DNA of 61,817 bases, counting the filler. It is 4 parts of 4 records of this genome, joined end to end, with 100 filler letters (N's around TTAATTAATTAA, not from the genome) between each part and the next. Parts side by side here need not be neighbours in the genome. Positions count along the whole stretch, not along the records: positions 25,273 to 44,992 come from DRR723986_4153; 3 more parts are not named here. One strand, 5' to 3'. Below, piece by piece: positions 33,299-43,332 of this stretch. Position 1 is the stretch's first letter, and the number at the start of each line of letters is the position of its first letter. The translations under genes were made by a program, and so were the position numbers. The notes under the pieces are model-generated. The model did no database searches and was not told the DNA's origin. It saw nothing but the letters and a program-made list of their open reading frames with translations.

Positions 33299-34513
33299 AT
33301 GACTTCAACTGCTTTCAACCAGAAATTCATGGCATATGGCCTAGCCTTAGGAACAATAGCCTTGGCATCGCCCACAGCCCTTATTGCGGACGACTTAACC
33401 ATAACCACGTCACCGTCGACCAACATCATTGTAAATCCAACCAATCGCCGCTTTGGCTATAGTGACCTAGTGGTTCATAACATTGGCATTACAAACCAAA
33501 GTGATGCGCCTCACACCATAACCAATGTTAGAATAGATGTTCTTTTGGGGCAGTCTATTCTCGCTTCAAAGCTTATCACCACTGACCGGTTACTGACAGA
33601 TACCAGCCAACTGGGCGGCGCACCGCTACCTATTTTCAAGGCAATGCAGCTTCTTGAGGCTGACGGCGTATCCGGCTTTCTGGGGCAGAATGTTGAACTG
33701 TCTAGAACGCCTGCGCTAGAGCCCAATAGTGGGCTCGTAACATCCCGCCATCAACTAAGCTTCGACGGCGAAGCAGATAATATACGCATAACCGTTCAGT
33801 TCGAGGACAGTGCCGGCAACGACGAAACTAAATCAAAAACAATTGCTGTTGCGCCTTATACCAGCCCAATCACGTATCGTGTGCCTGTAACCGGGGCATG
33901 GCTTATGCGGGCTTTGCCCGGTATTGAAAGCCATCACCGGCTGAATGCGTCTACTGAATTTGCCGTAGACTTTTTTAAGCTGGACGATGAGGGCCGCAGC
34001 TATACCGGTGACCGAATAATTGCAGAAAATTACATAGGCTATGATCAACCCGTTGTCGCTGCAGCGGATGGCACCGTTGTTTTTGTTGAAAGTAGCGCGG
34101 TTCAGGACCGAACTGCTTACCTGCCCAAAGACGGCGAAACCCGTCAACAGATGGGGCAGCGCCTTCAACAGTCGATGATGCGAGCTTTCGCTGAAAATGC
34201 CCGAAAGGCGGCAGGAGGTAACCTTGTGACTATTCGTCATACCGTGGACGGCGTAACCGAATATAGCTCTTATGGCCACCTAAAAGCCGGCAGTGTATCA
34301 GTTAAGGTGGGTGATGAAGTTGCTGCTGGCGAGGTTATCGGCACGGTCGGCGACACTGGCGATAGCCCGGAAGTGCATTTGCACTTTCAGGTCAATGCCG
34401 GGCCTGATGCCTTCATGAGCAAAAGCCTGCCAATAACCTTCAATAACATCATCCATCCTGTCAGGCCGGCTGAACCGGGCTTGATGATTAATAGTTCATC
34501 AAAAACTGAATAG
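33299..34513 (+). CDS. M23 family metallopeptidase with an unrecognised N-terminal domain, exported
   Basis: Signal peptide; FAVDF, PVVAAADGTVV, GNLVTIRH, YGHLK, GDTGDS..VHLHFQV. Confidence 0.88.
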   Translation: MTSTAFNQKFMAYGLALGTIALASPTALIADDLTITTSPSTNIIVNPTNRRFGYSDLVVHNIGITNQSDAPHTITNVRIDVLLGQSILASKLITTDRLLTDTSQLGGAPLPIFKAMQLLEADGVSGFLGQNVELSRTPALEPNSGLVTSRHQLSFDGEADNIRITVQFEDSAGNDETKSKTIAVAPYTSPITYRVPVTGAWLMRALPGIESHHRLNASTEFAVDFFKLDDEGRSYTGDRIIAENYIGYDQPVVAAADGTVVFVESSAVQDRTAYLPKDGETRQQMGQRLQQSMMRAFAENARKAAGGNLVTIRHTVDGVTEYSSYGHLKAGSVSVKVGDEVAAGEVIGTVGDTGDSPEVHLHFQVNAGPDAFMSKSLPITFNNIIHPVRPAEPGLMINSSSKTE

Positions 34514-34525
34514 CCCTCCCAAACC

Positions 34526-34557
34526 AAAAAGCCGCCAGTTAACGCTGGCGGCTTTTT
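34526..34557. terminator. Bidirectional intrinsic terminator
   Basis: AAAAAGCCGCCAG-TTAACG-CTGGCGGCTTTTT between convergent genes. Confidence 0.9.
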
Positions 34558-34583
34558 CAAGAACTGCAAGTAATGCGTTTCAG

Positions 34584-37500
34584 TTAACCAGCCCAAACAT
34601 CCAACACATAACGGCCTTCTTTCGCCATGGTGTCAATCCACGCATCCGCAACCTCTAGTGTCACTTCATTTTCTTCTGCGTACAGTGCGGCAATTGCCCG
34701 TTTTACGTCAGGCTCCATAGCCGCGCCGTCACCGCACACATAAATCACAGCACCTGCTTCAATCAGCTCCCAAACGCGGTTGCCTTGTTGGCGAACCAGG
34801 TCTTGCACATAAACGCGCTCAGGCCCACTACGTGAAAAGGCGGTATGCAGTTCGACCAAACCGTCAGCTTCGGCAGCGTGCAAGTCATCTTTGTAAAGAA
34901 AGTCTTGCTCTGGGTCGCGGCAGCCGAAAAACAGCATAGACGGACCAAGCTCTGCACCGCTTTCCTTAAGCGCTCGACGCTCTTGCAGGAAAGCCCGAAA
35001 CGGTGCCAGGCCAGTACCAGGCCCGACCATAATAATGGGTGTGCTTGCATTTTCTGGTAAGCGGAAGTTTGCTGATGGCTCTTTGACAACCGCCTGAATT
35101 GTACTGCCCACGTCAGCATCATTCAAATAGCTGGAGCACACGCCGTGATACTGGCCGTTACCTGATAAGGCAGGGCCGTCCACCACACCGACCGTAATTG
35201 AACAGCGATCCGGCGCCGCCTTGGGCGAGGAAGAGATAGAATAATACCGCGGCGATAACCATGGAACCATTTCCAGAAAAGCTTCAAAGGGCAGTTCGCA
35301 GGCGGGGAATTCTTCCAGCAAATCAAGGATAGACTTACGCTTAAGGAACACCTCCGTTCGGTAGAGATCTTCGTCGCCTTTTGCAGGCGCGGCGAGGGCG
35401 TCAAGCTGAGGCTTGGTTTTAGGACAGCGGGTGTTGGCCGCTAGTTTGCCAACATCCTTGCGGCTAGCCACAGCCTGAATTTCGCCGCACACCTCAGCTA
35501 AACGTTTCACCGAAAAGGTGCTGCCATTTGGGAACGGGCTACGCCTGCCGCCGGTTACTTCCACCCTGATGTAAGCGTCATCATCAAAGCCAAAGCGCGA
35601 CAGCGCACGCGCAACATTCCGCGCACTATTGACCGGCACAACACACAAGTGATCGCCAGGCTGGTAGGAAACGCCTTCAGGTAGTTCAATCTCAATATGG
35701 CGGGTTGACCGGGTAGACGGATTTTTACCGCTATGGTTTTGCAGCTCACGATTTTCCAGCACTTTCATGGCAACCGTGCCCGCTTGCGCCGCGATAGGGT
35801 TGGCTGTCACGCTATCGGTGACTTCAACCTTGTAAAGCGGCTGCGCATCAACTGTTGTGCTGAAGTCTATATCAAGGTCAAGGGCAGTGCCGATGGCAGG
35901 AAACAATTCGTCAAACCACGTATGGAACTGACCGTCCATATCTTCACGGGCATCAGCCTCGCCGCGGTCAGCAAGCCTGCTGGCGCCGAGTTCAGCTAAT
36001 TTTTCATCGATCATGCGAGGGATCGTCTGGAAGGTAGAGGCCCAGTCGCGGCTACCGCAGCCAAACACGGTATAGGAAACGCCTTTGGCTGCACCTACGC
36101 CTGCCGTCGCTAACCAGTCACAAAATTTAGTGGCATTGTCCGGGGCACTGCCGTTATAGGAAGCACAAACAATAACAACCGACCCTTCTGTTGGCAGATC
36201 ATCGGCATATGTATCCAGCGGTGCAAGAACGGTCTCAAATCCGTTGATATCGCCAGCTTGCGCTATATCGCGCGCGAAGCCCTCTGCCGTGCCCAAATTT
36301 GAACCATACAGAACCGTCAGTGGTGTACCATGCTTGGGACGGCGCACCATTTTGGTCTGCTCAGACTCGGCCTCTGTTTCTTGTGCGACAACAGCGTGCC
36401 TGACAATATCATCACGCACCCTGGCCTTAATGGTGAAACCGTCCGGCTTAAGCGACAAAGTTTCCTTTATTTTCAGTTGATAATTCTTGTGATCAAACAA
36501 CTGGAAACGTTGCAGAATCATGGCAAGCACAAGAATGGCCTCCTGCACAGCGAACTGACGACCAATGCAGGCACGCTTGCCGTTGCCGAAGGGCTTGTAG
36601 GCATAATCTGGCCGGGCGGCTTCTGCCTCGGGCAGGAAATTATCAGGGTTGAAAGTTTCGGCGTCCTCGCCCCAATAGGCCGGGTCACGGTGTAAACTAG
36701 GGATCAATACCGTAATGAAAGTGTTTTTCTTGAGCGGATATTTTCCGCCAATAACCTCATCCTCATAGGGCGCAAGGCCCAAGGCAGGAGCCGTTGGCCA
36801 CAAACGAAGTGCTTCCATTAAAACGGCACGCGTATAAACCAGCTGGCCGATTTGCGAGATAGTAGGCGCAACTCCCACATTATTACCAAGAACCTTATCA
36901 ACTTCGGCTGTTACCTTGGCGAGCGCTTCAGGATTGTTCAAAAGATAATAAAGAGTGAAAGACAACAAACCTGATGTTGTCTCATGGCCAGCAATCAGGA
37001 ATGTGTTGATTTGATAACGAATATTCTCATCAGTGAGGCTTTCACCGGTAACCTTGTCAACACCAGCGAGCATGAAATTCAACAGGTCTTTCTGGGCATT
37101 GTCACCGCCGCGTCGCCGTTCAGCGACAATGTCATCAACCAACTTGTTCATGAAGGATACGTCATCGCCCATTTCGGTGATGCGTTTGCGCAGGGCCACT
37201 TTTTCAAACGGCAGGCCGCGCTGCAGCATACAGGTTTCCAGCGTACGGCCCAGCGCATCAATGAAGGGGTGAAAATCTTCGCGGTAAAATGAATTAAACC
37301 GGTAATCAAAACCGCAAAGGCCAATTGTATCAAGTGTAAGGCCCGTCATGTCCCGCACAACGTCAATTTCATCGTCCGCGTTCATGCGCTCCCATTTCAG
37401 CATCAACTGATCTGCGATATCCACCATCATGGGCAAATAGTCCACCATAGACTTCTGGCTGAAAGTGGGCATGAGAATATTGTGGGCTTTAGTCCATGTG

Positions 37501-37796
37501 GGGTCATCACTATCACTGGTGAATAGGCCGTCACCGCCCACTGCCCTAACGCGCCTTAAGGGCCCGCGCACCACTTTGCCAAACCGGGTTTCATCACACA
37601 GCTCTTTTACCAGATCAGCGCCTGAGACGATCACCATGGGTGAACCCATCATATCCAGCCAGAAAATCGGCCCCAACTCTTTGGCGTGCTCCATTAGGTT
37701 CTGCAGAGGGGCATCCGGGTCCACGGTAAGCACGTTACCCACAAGCGGTTTGCCTTCCGGTTTAGGGATTGGGTGCAAGCGGTTTTTTTCAGCCAT
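34584..37796 (-). CDS. Bifunctional cytochrome P450/NADPH-P450 reductase (CYP102, P450BM3-like)
   Basis: AGHETTSG, EALRLWP, FGNGKRACIG heme motif, YGSNLGTAE FMN motif, RYYSISSSP, GPGTGLAPFR, terminal DVWAG; ATG at 37796 with AGGAG RBS. Confidence 0.96.
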   Translation of the reverse strand: MAEKNRLHPIPKPEGKPLVGNVLTVDPDAPLQNLMEHAKELGPIFWLDMMGSPMVIVSGADLVKELCDETRFGKVVRGPLRRVRAVGGDGLFTSDSDDPTWTKAHNILMPTFSQKSMVDYLPMMVDIADQLMLKWERMNADDEIDVVRDMTGLTLDTIGLCGFDYRFNSFYREDFHPFIDALGRTLETCMLQRGLPFEKVALRKRITEMGDDVSFMNKLVDDIVAERRRGGDNAQKDLLNFMLAGVDKVTGESLTDENIRYQINTFLIAGHETTSGLLSFTLYYLLNNPEALAKVTAEVDKVLGNNVGVAPTISQIGQLVYTRAVLMEALRLWPTAPALGLAPYEDEVIGGKYPLKKNTFITVLIPSLHRDPAYWGEDAETFNPDNFLPEAEAARPDYAYKPFGNGKRACIGRQFAVQEAILVLAMILQRFQLFDHKNYQLKIKETLSLKPDGFTIKARVRDDIVRHAVVAQETEAESEQTKMVRRPKHGTPLTVLYGSNLGTAEGFARDIAQAGDINGFETVLAPLDTYADDLPTEGSVVIVCASYNGSAPDNATKFCDWLATAGVGAAKGVSYTVFGCGSRDWASTFQTIPRMIDEKLAELGASRLADRGEADAREDMDGQFHTWFDELFPAIGTALDLDIDFSTTVDAQPLYKVEVTDSVTANPIAAQAGTVAMKVLENRELQNHSGKNPSTRSTRHIEIELPEGVSYQPGDHLCVVPVNSARNVARALSRFGFDDDAYIRVEVTGGRRSPFPNGSTFSVKRLAEVCGEIQAVASRKDVGKLAANTRCPKTKPQLDALAAPAKGDEDLYRTEVFLKRKSILDLLEEFPACELPFEAFLEMVPWLSPRYYSISSSPKAAPDRCSITVGVVDGPALSGNGQYHGVCSSYLNDADVGSTIQAVVKEPSANFRLPENASTPIIMVGPGTGLAPFRAFLQERRALKESGAELGPSMLFFGCRDPEQDFLYKDDLHAAEADGLVELHTAFSRSGPERVYVQDLVRQQGNRVWELIEAGAVIYVCGDGAAMEPDVKRAIAALYAEENEVTLEVADAWIDTMAKEGRYVLDVWAG

Positions 37797-38048
37797 CAAC
37801 GGGTCTCCTGAAATTGTGTCATTACCAACAGGCGTCACGCGCAGTAATTGATACCATTAGAGGACATAGCTGTATAGAGCCGCTTCACACCCTAGGGAAT
37901 GGCTATGGGTTAGATGGCTGGAATCATTACTAACAGCCTTGCGTGCCTTTTTTTGCGGCCCGTTGCTCCTTCCATGCGACGAGTGGAATTGATCGAGATC
38001 ATCATTTATGTAACTAGTTACGTATTAGGCATCGATTCGGAGCATAAT

Positions 38049-38522
38049 ATGAGCGAACGCATATATTTAGCCCGCCATCTCAGGTCACTTTCACTGCATA
38101 TTATGGAAGCTGGCCGCGACATTTGCCGCAACCTCGACCCCCTATTAGAGCCAACATGGTCCGGCATCCTGGGGCACTTGGAGCGTGAAGGGCAATTAAC
38201 AGTCACAGAAGCGGCTCAAAAACTGGGCATTAGCCATGTGCATGCGCAGAATATACTAAAAAAAATGCTGAAACAGGGTGCCGTAAAAAGTACGCCAGAC
38301 CCTAAAGATGCGAGATGCACCAACTATAGCCTTACACCAACCGGCTTTGCGCTTCTAAAGCCTGTAACCCAATTAAACTCTGCCGTTGGGGCAGTGATTG
38401 CTGATTTGGAAGAAGAAACCGGCGAAGACCTGTATGCCGCTCTGTCCGCCTTTCAGGACGCATTAATACGTAAAGGGTGGTCTGAACGGGTTTCAGAAAA
38501 ACTACAAGCAAACGATCCATAA
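38049..38522 (+). CDS. MarR family transcriptional regulator
   Basis: Winged HTH (LTVTEAAQKLGISH...DPKDAR...LTPTG); ATG at 38049 after GGAG. Confidence 0.85.
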   Translation: MSERIYLARHLRSLSLHIMEAGRDICRNLDPLLEPTWSGILGHLEREGQLTVTEAAQKLGISHVHAQNILKKMLKQGAVKSTPDPKDARCTNYSLTPTGFALLKPVTQLNSAVGAVIADLEEETGEDLYAALSAFQDALIRKGWSERVSEKLQANDP

Positions 38523-38536
38523 GAAAGGATAATAGT

Positions 38537-39541
38537 ATGACAGCAAAATTTACCTTTGCCGGAAGCATTCTGCTGATGGCCGTACTAAGTTTTACTCCTA
38601 TACATACGGCAGTGTCTGCATCATCTGCTCAGCAAATCGAGCAACAAGAAAACACCTTTGCAGACACACTGAACCAAATGGCAGGCGCCATTGAAGAGCG
38701 TTATCCAATCGAGACAACAGCACGTAAAATTGCCAATGCTCTTCGCAGCGGCCTAAAGTCCGGGGCCATTAAAACTAACACCGATGATGTTTTTCTCACA
38801 ACAGCAAACGCCTTAATGTGGGGTGCAGCACAAGACCTACATTTGAAATTAACTACAGAAGAGGCCCTGCGTCAGAGGATGAGTGCAGCCAACGGCGGAC
38901 GAGCCCCCACAATGCGCAGGGTAAGAGTGCCACAAAATGGTGAACCTTTGGGCAAGACCGAAATACTCAGTGAAATGCTAAATGCAGAAACAGGGCTTGT
39001 CACTATTTCCAGCCCAATTTTCCGTAATCCTGACCTCTTTGCAGAAGCCCTTAAAAACATTGCAACCGCCGATAATATCATCATCGATTTGCGCACAGTA
39101 CCCGGAGGTTCGGTGCCAGGTGTGCTTAATTTTATCAGTTATTTTTATGCCGAGCCAACGCATGTTTATTCAAACATAACCCGGCAAGTTGATACGCCCC
39201 AAGAAGCGTGGACCGAAAGCACTGTTCTTGGCGACAGCTTTGCGCAAAAAGACCTTTATGTTCTAATTAGCGGCAAGACAGCGTCTGGCGCAGAAGCCAT
39301 TTCCTTTGGCTTAAAGAATACAGAAAGAGCGACTTTAGTGGGCGAAAAAACAGCCGGCGCAGGCAATGCCGGCGGGTTTATACCCGTTGGTCAAGGGCTG
39401 ATGCTGTTTCTGCCTTTTGCGCAAACCATTAGCGCAAAAACCGGTGAGCCATGGGAAGGTACGGGCGTTACTCCTCATCATGAAGCTGCACCAAATGATG
39501 CTCTGGAGGCGGCACTCGCCCTTATCGCCAAAGGCGCATAA
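38537..39541 (+). CDS. S41 family peptidase (IRBP-like), exported
   Basis: Signal peptide, DLHL, IIDLR..PGG, TASGAE, VGEKTAGAG, WEGTGVTP. Confidence 0.9.
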   Translation: MTAKFTFAGSILLMAVLSFTPIHTAVSASSAQQIEQQENTFADTLNQMAGAIEERYPIETTARKIANALRSGLKSGAIKTNTDDVFLTTANALMWGAAQDLHLKLTTEEALRQRMSAANGGRAPTMRRVRVPQNGEPLGKTEILSEMLNAETGLVTISSPIFRNPDLFAEALKNIATADNIIIDLRTVPGGSVPGVLNFISYFYAEPTHVYSNITRQVDTPQEAWTESTVLGDSFAQKDLYVLISGKTASGAEAISFGLKNTERATLVGEKTAGAGNAGGFIPVGQGLMLFLPFAQTISAKTGEPWEGTGVTPHHEAAPNDALEAALALIAKGA

Positions 39542-39554
39542 CAATACAGTCAGA

Positions 39555-39593
39555 ATGATCGGAATCGGACATCTTATGTTCGATTCCGAACAT
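39555..39593. promoter_or_regulatory. Paired palindromic sites (TGWTCG-N4-CGRACA), putative enhancer for a sigma-54 activator
   Basis: ATGATCGGAATCGGACAT-CTT-ATGTTCGATTCCGAACAT: arms are 16/18 inverted, and each arm is itself palindromic. Confidence 0.65.
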
Positions 39594-39663
39594 GGGAGCC
39601 TCGTCACAAAAAACCTCCACAACCTAACTCCCTGTAAATTATTAATAAATTTACCCCGCCCAG

Positions 39664-39680
39664 TTGGTGCAAAATTTGCT
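39664..39680 (+). promoter_or_regulatory. Putative sigma-54 (-24/-12) promoter of the ABC permease
   Basis: TTGGTGCAAAATTTGCT: GG (39666-67)-N10-GC (39678-79), ending in TTGC, 53 nt before the ATG. Confidence 0.65.
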
Positions 39681-39732
39681 GCTTAGCGGTTGATCACATG
39701 ACCAATAAAGCCAATTCCAGCGGAGTTATCTC

Positions 39733-42156
39733 ATGATTAAGAATTACCTTGCCATTGCATTCCGGAATATTCTGAAAAATAAGGTCTTCTCTTTCATCAA
39801 TATAGCAGGACTTTCCGTTGGCCTGTCAGCCGTTTTGCTTATCACACTTTATATCTGGGACGAACTCACCTTCGACGAGTATCTTGGTCGGAATGATGGC
39901 ATATACAAGCTGGAGTTAGAGACCAACTTTGGGGGCCGGGGTGTTCGCAAAAATTCCAGGACCGCTGGCGCTACTTCTGTTGGGCTTCTGGCCGACTATC
40001 CAGACCTTGTCGCCAAGGCAACACGCGTAAACACACGCACATCCACCGTCACCATCGGCGACCGAAACATTAGCGAAAATACCGTTAGAACTGATGCTTC
40101 TTTTTTCCAAATGTTTGATATTGACTATGTTAATGGCAACGCGAACACCGCGATGCCTGATATGTCCAGCGCAGCGATATCAGAATCAACGGCCAAAAAA
40201 TATTTTCAGACTGGCTCAGCGCTAGGGCAAACACTTGTCCTTGATGATGGCAGAAGCTACCGCATCGGCGCAGTTTTTAAAGATTTTCCTGAAAACACTC
40301 ACATACGCCCTAAACTTATTCTGCCGCTGCAGCCGGGTACCTATGACCTTGTGTCAGAAGACGCCGGATGGTGGCAGATACGATTCTTCACCTATGTTCA
40401 ATTGAAAGAAGGCGTTACCGCTGCCGAGCTGGACGCGGTCATTCCAGAGTTTATTGATCGCCACCGTGAAGAGTTAAGACCCGGCGTTGCCCTTAGCGAA
40501 GTATATGATTTCAACATCATATCGCTGGATAACGTTCACTTTGAAACAGCGGAAGCTAGCGCTGGTGACCCGCTGATTTTAACCGGGTTCGCCGCAATCG
40601 CTATCGCCATTCTTTCCATTGCCACCTTCAACTTTATGAATATGTCGATAAGCCGAGCCGTTGTTCGCACCAAAGAGGTTGCGATCAGAAAAGTGTTTGG
40701 GGCTGGCCGGAAGAATGTCATCAACCTATTCCTAAGCGAGACCATGGTAACCGTGATGTTGTCGCTGTTTCTCGCCTTGGTGATAACCGAACTGTCATTG
40801 TTTTGGTTCAATGACTTTGTTTCCAAACTGATGTCCATGGGCATTTTTGTCAGCCCAATTTTTATCGTCGGCATGATAGGACTCGTGGTCACGGTTGCTT
40901 TTGGCGCCGGCTTCTACCCGGCGTTCACCATGTCAAAAATTCGCCCCGCAACCGTTTTGAGCGGGGGGCGTTCTCAAAGCAAAAACATGTCTCGTCTGAG
41001 CACTGCGTTGGTGACAATTCAGTTTGCCGTCGCCATCGCGCTGATCATCACCACTACGATTATTTACCAGCAAATCCGGTATAGCCAGACAATGGATCCG
41101 GGCTATAGCAAAGAAAATCTTGTTCTTATTGAGGGGCTGCAACATCCCTCCGTCAATCCATCGGTGCAAATCCTGAAACAGCGGCTTTTAGCCCACCCTG
41201 ATATCAGCGATGTATCGCTGACCGATCAGGCAATGGGCGGTTCTTACGGCTGGTATAACAGCATTAGCAATGTGGACGGCACGGCGCTTGAGCAGACGAT
41301 CAGTGTTCGCGGCATGTATATCGATAAAGATTTTACCAACACCTACGATGTTGAGCTGGTTGCTGGCCGCACACTAACAGAAGAGAGACCAGCAGACATC
41401 TCGCGGCAAATTGATAATGAACAGTTCAATGAAAACAGCAATATCCTGATTAATGAAACAGCAGCAAGAGTATTGGGGCTTGGCACTCCCAGCGAGGCGC
41501 TTGGAAAAACCATAGTGGACGGCAACAATTTAACAATTGTTGGCATTGTTGGCGATTACCTTCTTGGCTCCTCTAAAGGCACCATACCGCCCATGATGTT
41601 TCTTATTGATGAGCAAGGCTTCAGAACATTAGCATTGCGCTTTAAAACCAATAATGTTTCAAAATTACTCGCTGATATTGATTCAACATGGACAGGTATC
41701 ATCGGTGAACGGCCCATCCGGCGGCAATTTATGGATGACCGTATCGCATCGCTTTACCGCACCGAACAACAGCAAGGCCAGATATTTGCCTTATTCTCTG
41801 GTTTGGCGGTGCTAGTGTCCTGCATTGGGCTTTACGGCCTTGTTTCTTTCAGTGTTGCGCGGCGACAGCGGGAAATTGGTGTTCGAAAAATTCTTGGTGC
41901 CACAAATGGAATCATCACACGCCAGTTATTGTGGGACTTCTCCAAACCCGTGCTTATTGCCAACCTTATGGCATGGCCGCTCACGGCCTATTTGATGAGC
42001 CAATGGCTAACCAATTTCAATTACCGCATCGATCTGGGTCCGACGCCGTTTCTAGCCGCTGCGATCACAGCTATAGTTGTTGCAGGGTTGACGGTAATCG
42101 GCCACGCGATGCGTGTTGCATCGGCTAACCCTATCCATGCCTTACGGCATGAATGA
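39733..42156 (+). CDS. MacB/FtsX-type duplicated ABC transporter permease (orphan)
   Basis: MIKNYLAIAFRNILKNK start, two periplasmic+FtsX halves (RTKEVAIRKVFGA; RQREIGVRKILGA), terminal ANPIHALRHE. Confidence 0.93.
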   Translation: MIKNYLAIAFRNILKNKVFSFINIAGLSVGLSAVLLITLYIWDELTFDEYLGRNDGIYKLELETNFGGRGVRKNSRTAGATSVGLLADYPDLVAKATRVNTRTSTVTIGDRNISENTVRTDASFFQMFDIDYVNGNANTAMPDMSSAAISESTAKKYFQTGSALGQTLVLDDGRSYRIGAVFKDFPENTHIRPKLILPLQPGTYDLVSEDAGWWQIRFFTYVQLKEGVTAAELDAVIPEFIDRHREELRPGVALSEVYDFNIISLDNVHFETAEASAGDPLILTGFAAIAIAILSIATFNFMNMSISRAVVRTKEVAIRKVFGAGRKNVINLFLSETMVTVMLSLFLALVITELSLFWFNDFVSKLMSMGIFVSPIFIVGMIGLVVTVAFGAGFYPAFTMSKIRPATVLSGGRSQSKNMSRLSTALVTIQFAVAIALIITTTIIYQQIRYSQTMDPGYSKENLVLIEGLQHPSVNPSVQILKQRLLAHPDISDVSLTDQAMGGSYGWYNSISNVDGTALEQTISVRGMYIDKDFTNTYDVELVAGRTLTEERPADISRQIDNEQFNENSNILINETAARVLGLGTPSEALGKTIVDGNNLTIVGIVGDYLLGSSKGTIPPMMFLIDEQGFRTLALRFKTNNVSKLLADIDSTWTGIIGERPIRRQFMDDRIASLYRTEQQQGQIFALFSGLAVLVSCIGLYGLVSFSVARRQREIGVRKILGATNGIITRQLLWDFSKPVLIANLMAWPLTAYLMSQWLTNFNYRIDLGPTPFLAAAITAIVVAGLTVIGHAMRVASANPIHALRHE

Positions 42157-42224
42157 GGGAAACTAGGCCAAATGATTTGCACAGCCGATATGACCGACAA
42201 ATCTGCTTACCGATTTAAAGCGAG

Positions 42225-43307
42225 TCAGGGCTGTGCAGATGGCGGCGTGTCCTTAACTGTGTCCCATGTCTCCAAAAGCTTGTTCAACACAACGCTGCCG
42301 ACCTGGTAGGCCGCTTCCAGCGAGGGTTGAAACCCGGCGCTGGCAATCTCGGGCGATAGCTTAATACCGTTCAGACTTTCTTCCGCCGTTGTGCCGGGAG
42401 ACTGCATGGCATAATTACTGGCCGTGCGCAGTACCATCACCCGCTGTGTGTCTACCTTGCCCACATTCTCCAGCATCTTCAGCGCGTAAAACGAGCCGCT
42501 GTCTTCCATGGCGGAGGTAACAAAGTTGCCCTTGCCTTCCGTCCAGTATGACACCCACTCATTCGCCCACTGGTTCATTTTCTCGCCGTGCCAATAGGTC
42601 ATAGCGGCCAGATGGTCCCCCTTCAAAACAAACGGCGGCCGCTGAGCAATTGGGTGGTCGGTATAATGCGCGCGATGCTTTTGCATATTCTCTGTGTCTG
42701 CAATTTTCACATCTTTGGTAAGCTGATACGCCCATTCGGTCAGGCCCGGATTTAGCTGAAACACATAGCCCTGCGCTGCGGGCGGCGTTGGCGCCTCGTA
42801 AGGCTTATCGCGCCGCAACGGGAAATAGCCTGTTGACCAACCTTCGGGCATTTCGCGCGCATCAATATGGTGCGCCAAATCACCGTCCACGATCCATTCC
42901 GCCCACGCCGCAGAACCAATGGAACCATCGGCCGGGTCAATGCCCGATATGCCCGCAATCAGCCAGTATGCTTTCGACAGGTCAAACCGCTCATCCAAAC
43001 CAAGCGCCATAATGGTTGAGGTTGCTTTAATGGTGCCAATACCGGTTACAACGCCCAGCACGCCCTTCTCGCGGTTTATCCGCAACTCTTGGCCTGTGAC
43101 GTCGAAATCCAACTTTTCATCCAGCGGTGTGCGCGATACCCATCGGTTAAATTCCCCTGCGCCAGAAGAAGTGGCAGCCCCGCTATCAAACATGGCAACC
43201 ACAACAACCTTTACCGGTATTTTCTCTGCCGCATGAACGGTGGCTGCACCAGTTAAAAAGGCCAGGGCCACCATCAATTTTAGGGATAGATAGAGTGATA
43301 CTTTCAT
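42225..43307 (-). CDS. NUP ('purine nucleoside permease') family protein, exported
   Basis: Signal peptide; IPVKVVVVAMF, FDLSKAYWLIAGISGIDP, GSAAWAEW, TSAMEDSG, RVMVLRTASNY. Confidence 0.88.
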   Translation of the reverse strand: MKVSLYLSLKLMVALAFLTGAATVHAAEKIPVKVVVVAMFDSGAATSSGAGEFNRWVSRTPLDEKLDFDVTGQELRINREKGVLGVVTGIGTIKATSTIMALGLDERFDLSKAYWLIAGISGIDPADGSIGSAAWAEWIVDGDLAHHIDAREMPEGWSTGYFPLRRDKPYEAPTPPAAQGYVFQLNPGLTEWAYQLTKDVKIADTENMQKHRAHYTDHPIAQRPPFVLKGDHLAAMTYWHGEKMNQWANEWVSYWTEGKGNFVTSAMEDSGSFYALKMLENVGKVDTQRVMVLRTASNYAMQSPGTTAEESLNGIKLSPEIASAGFQPSLEAAYQVGSVVLNKLLETWDTVKDTPPSAQP

Positions 43308-43332
43308 GACAAATCCTTGGTGGCTTTCAAAT

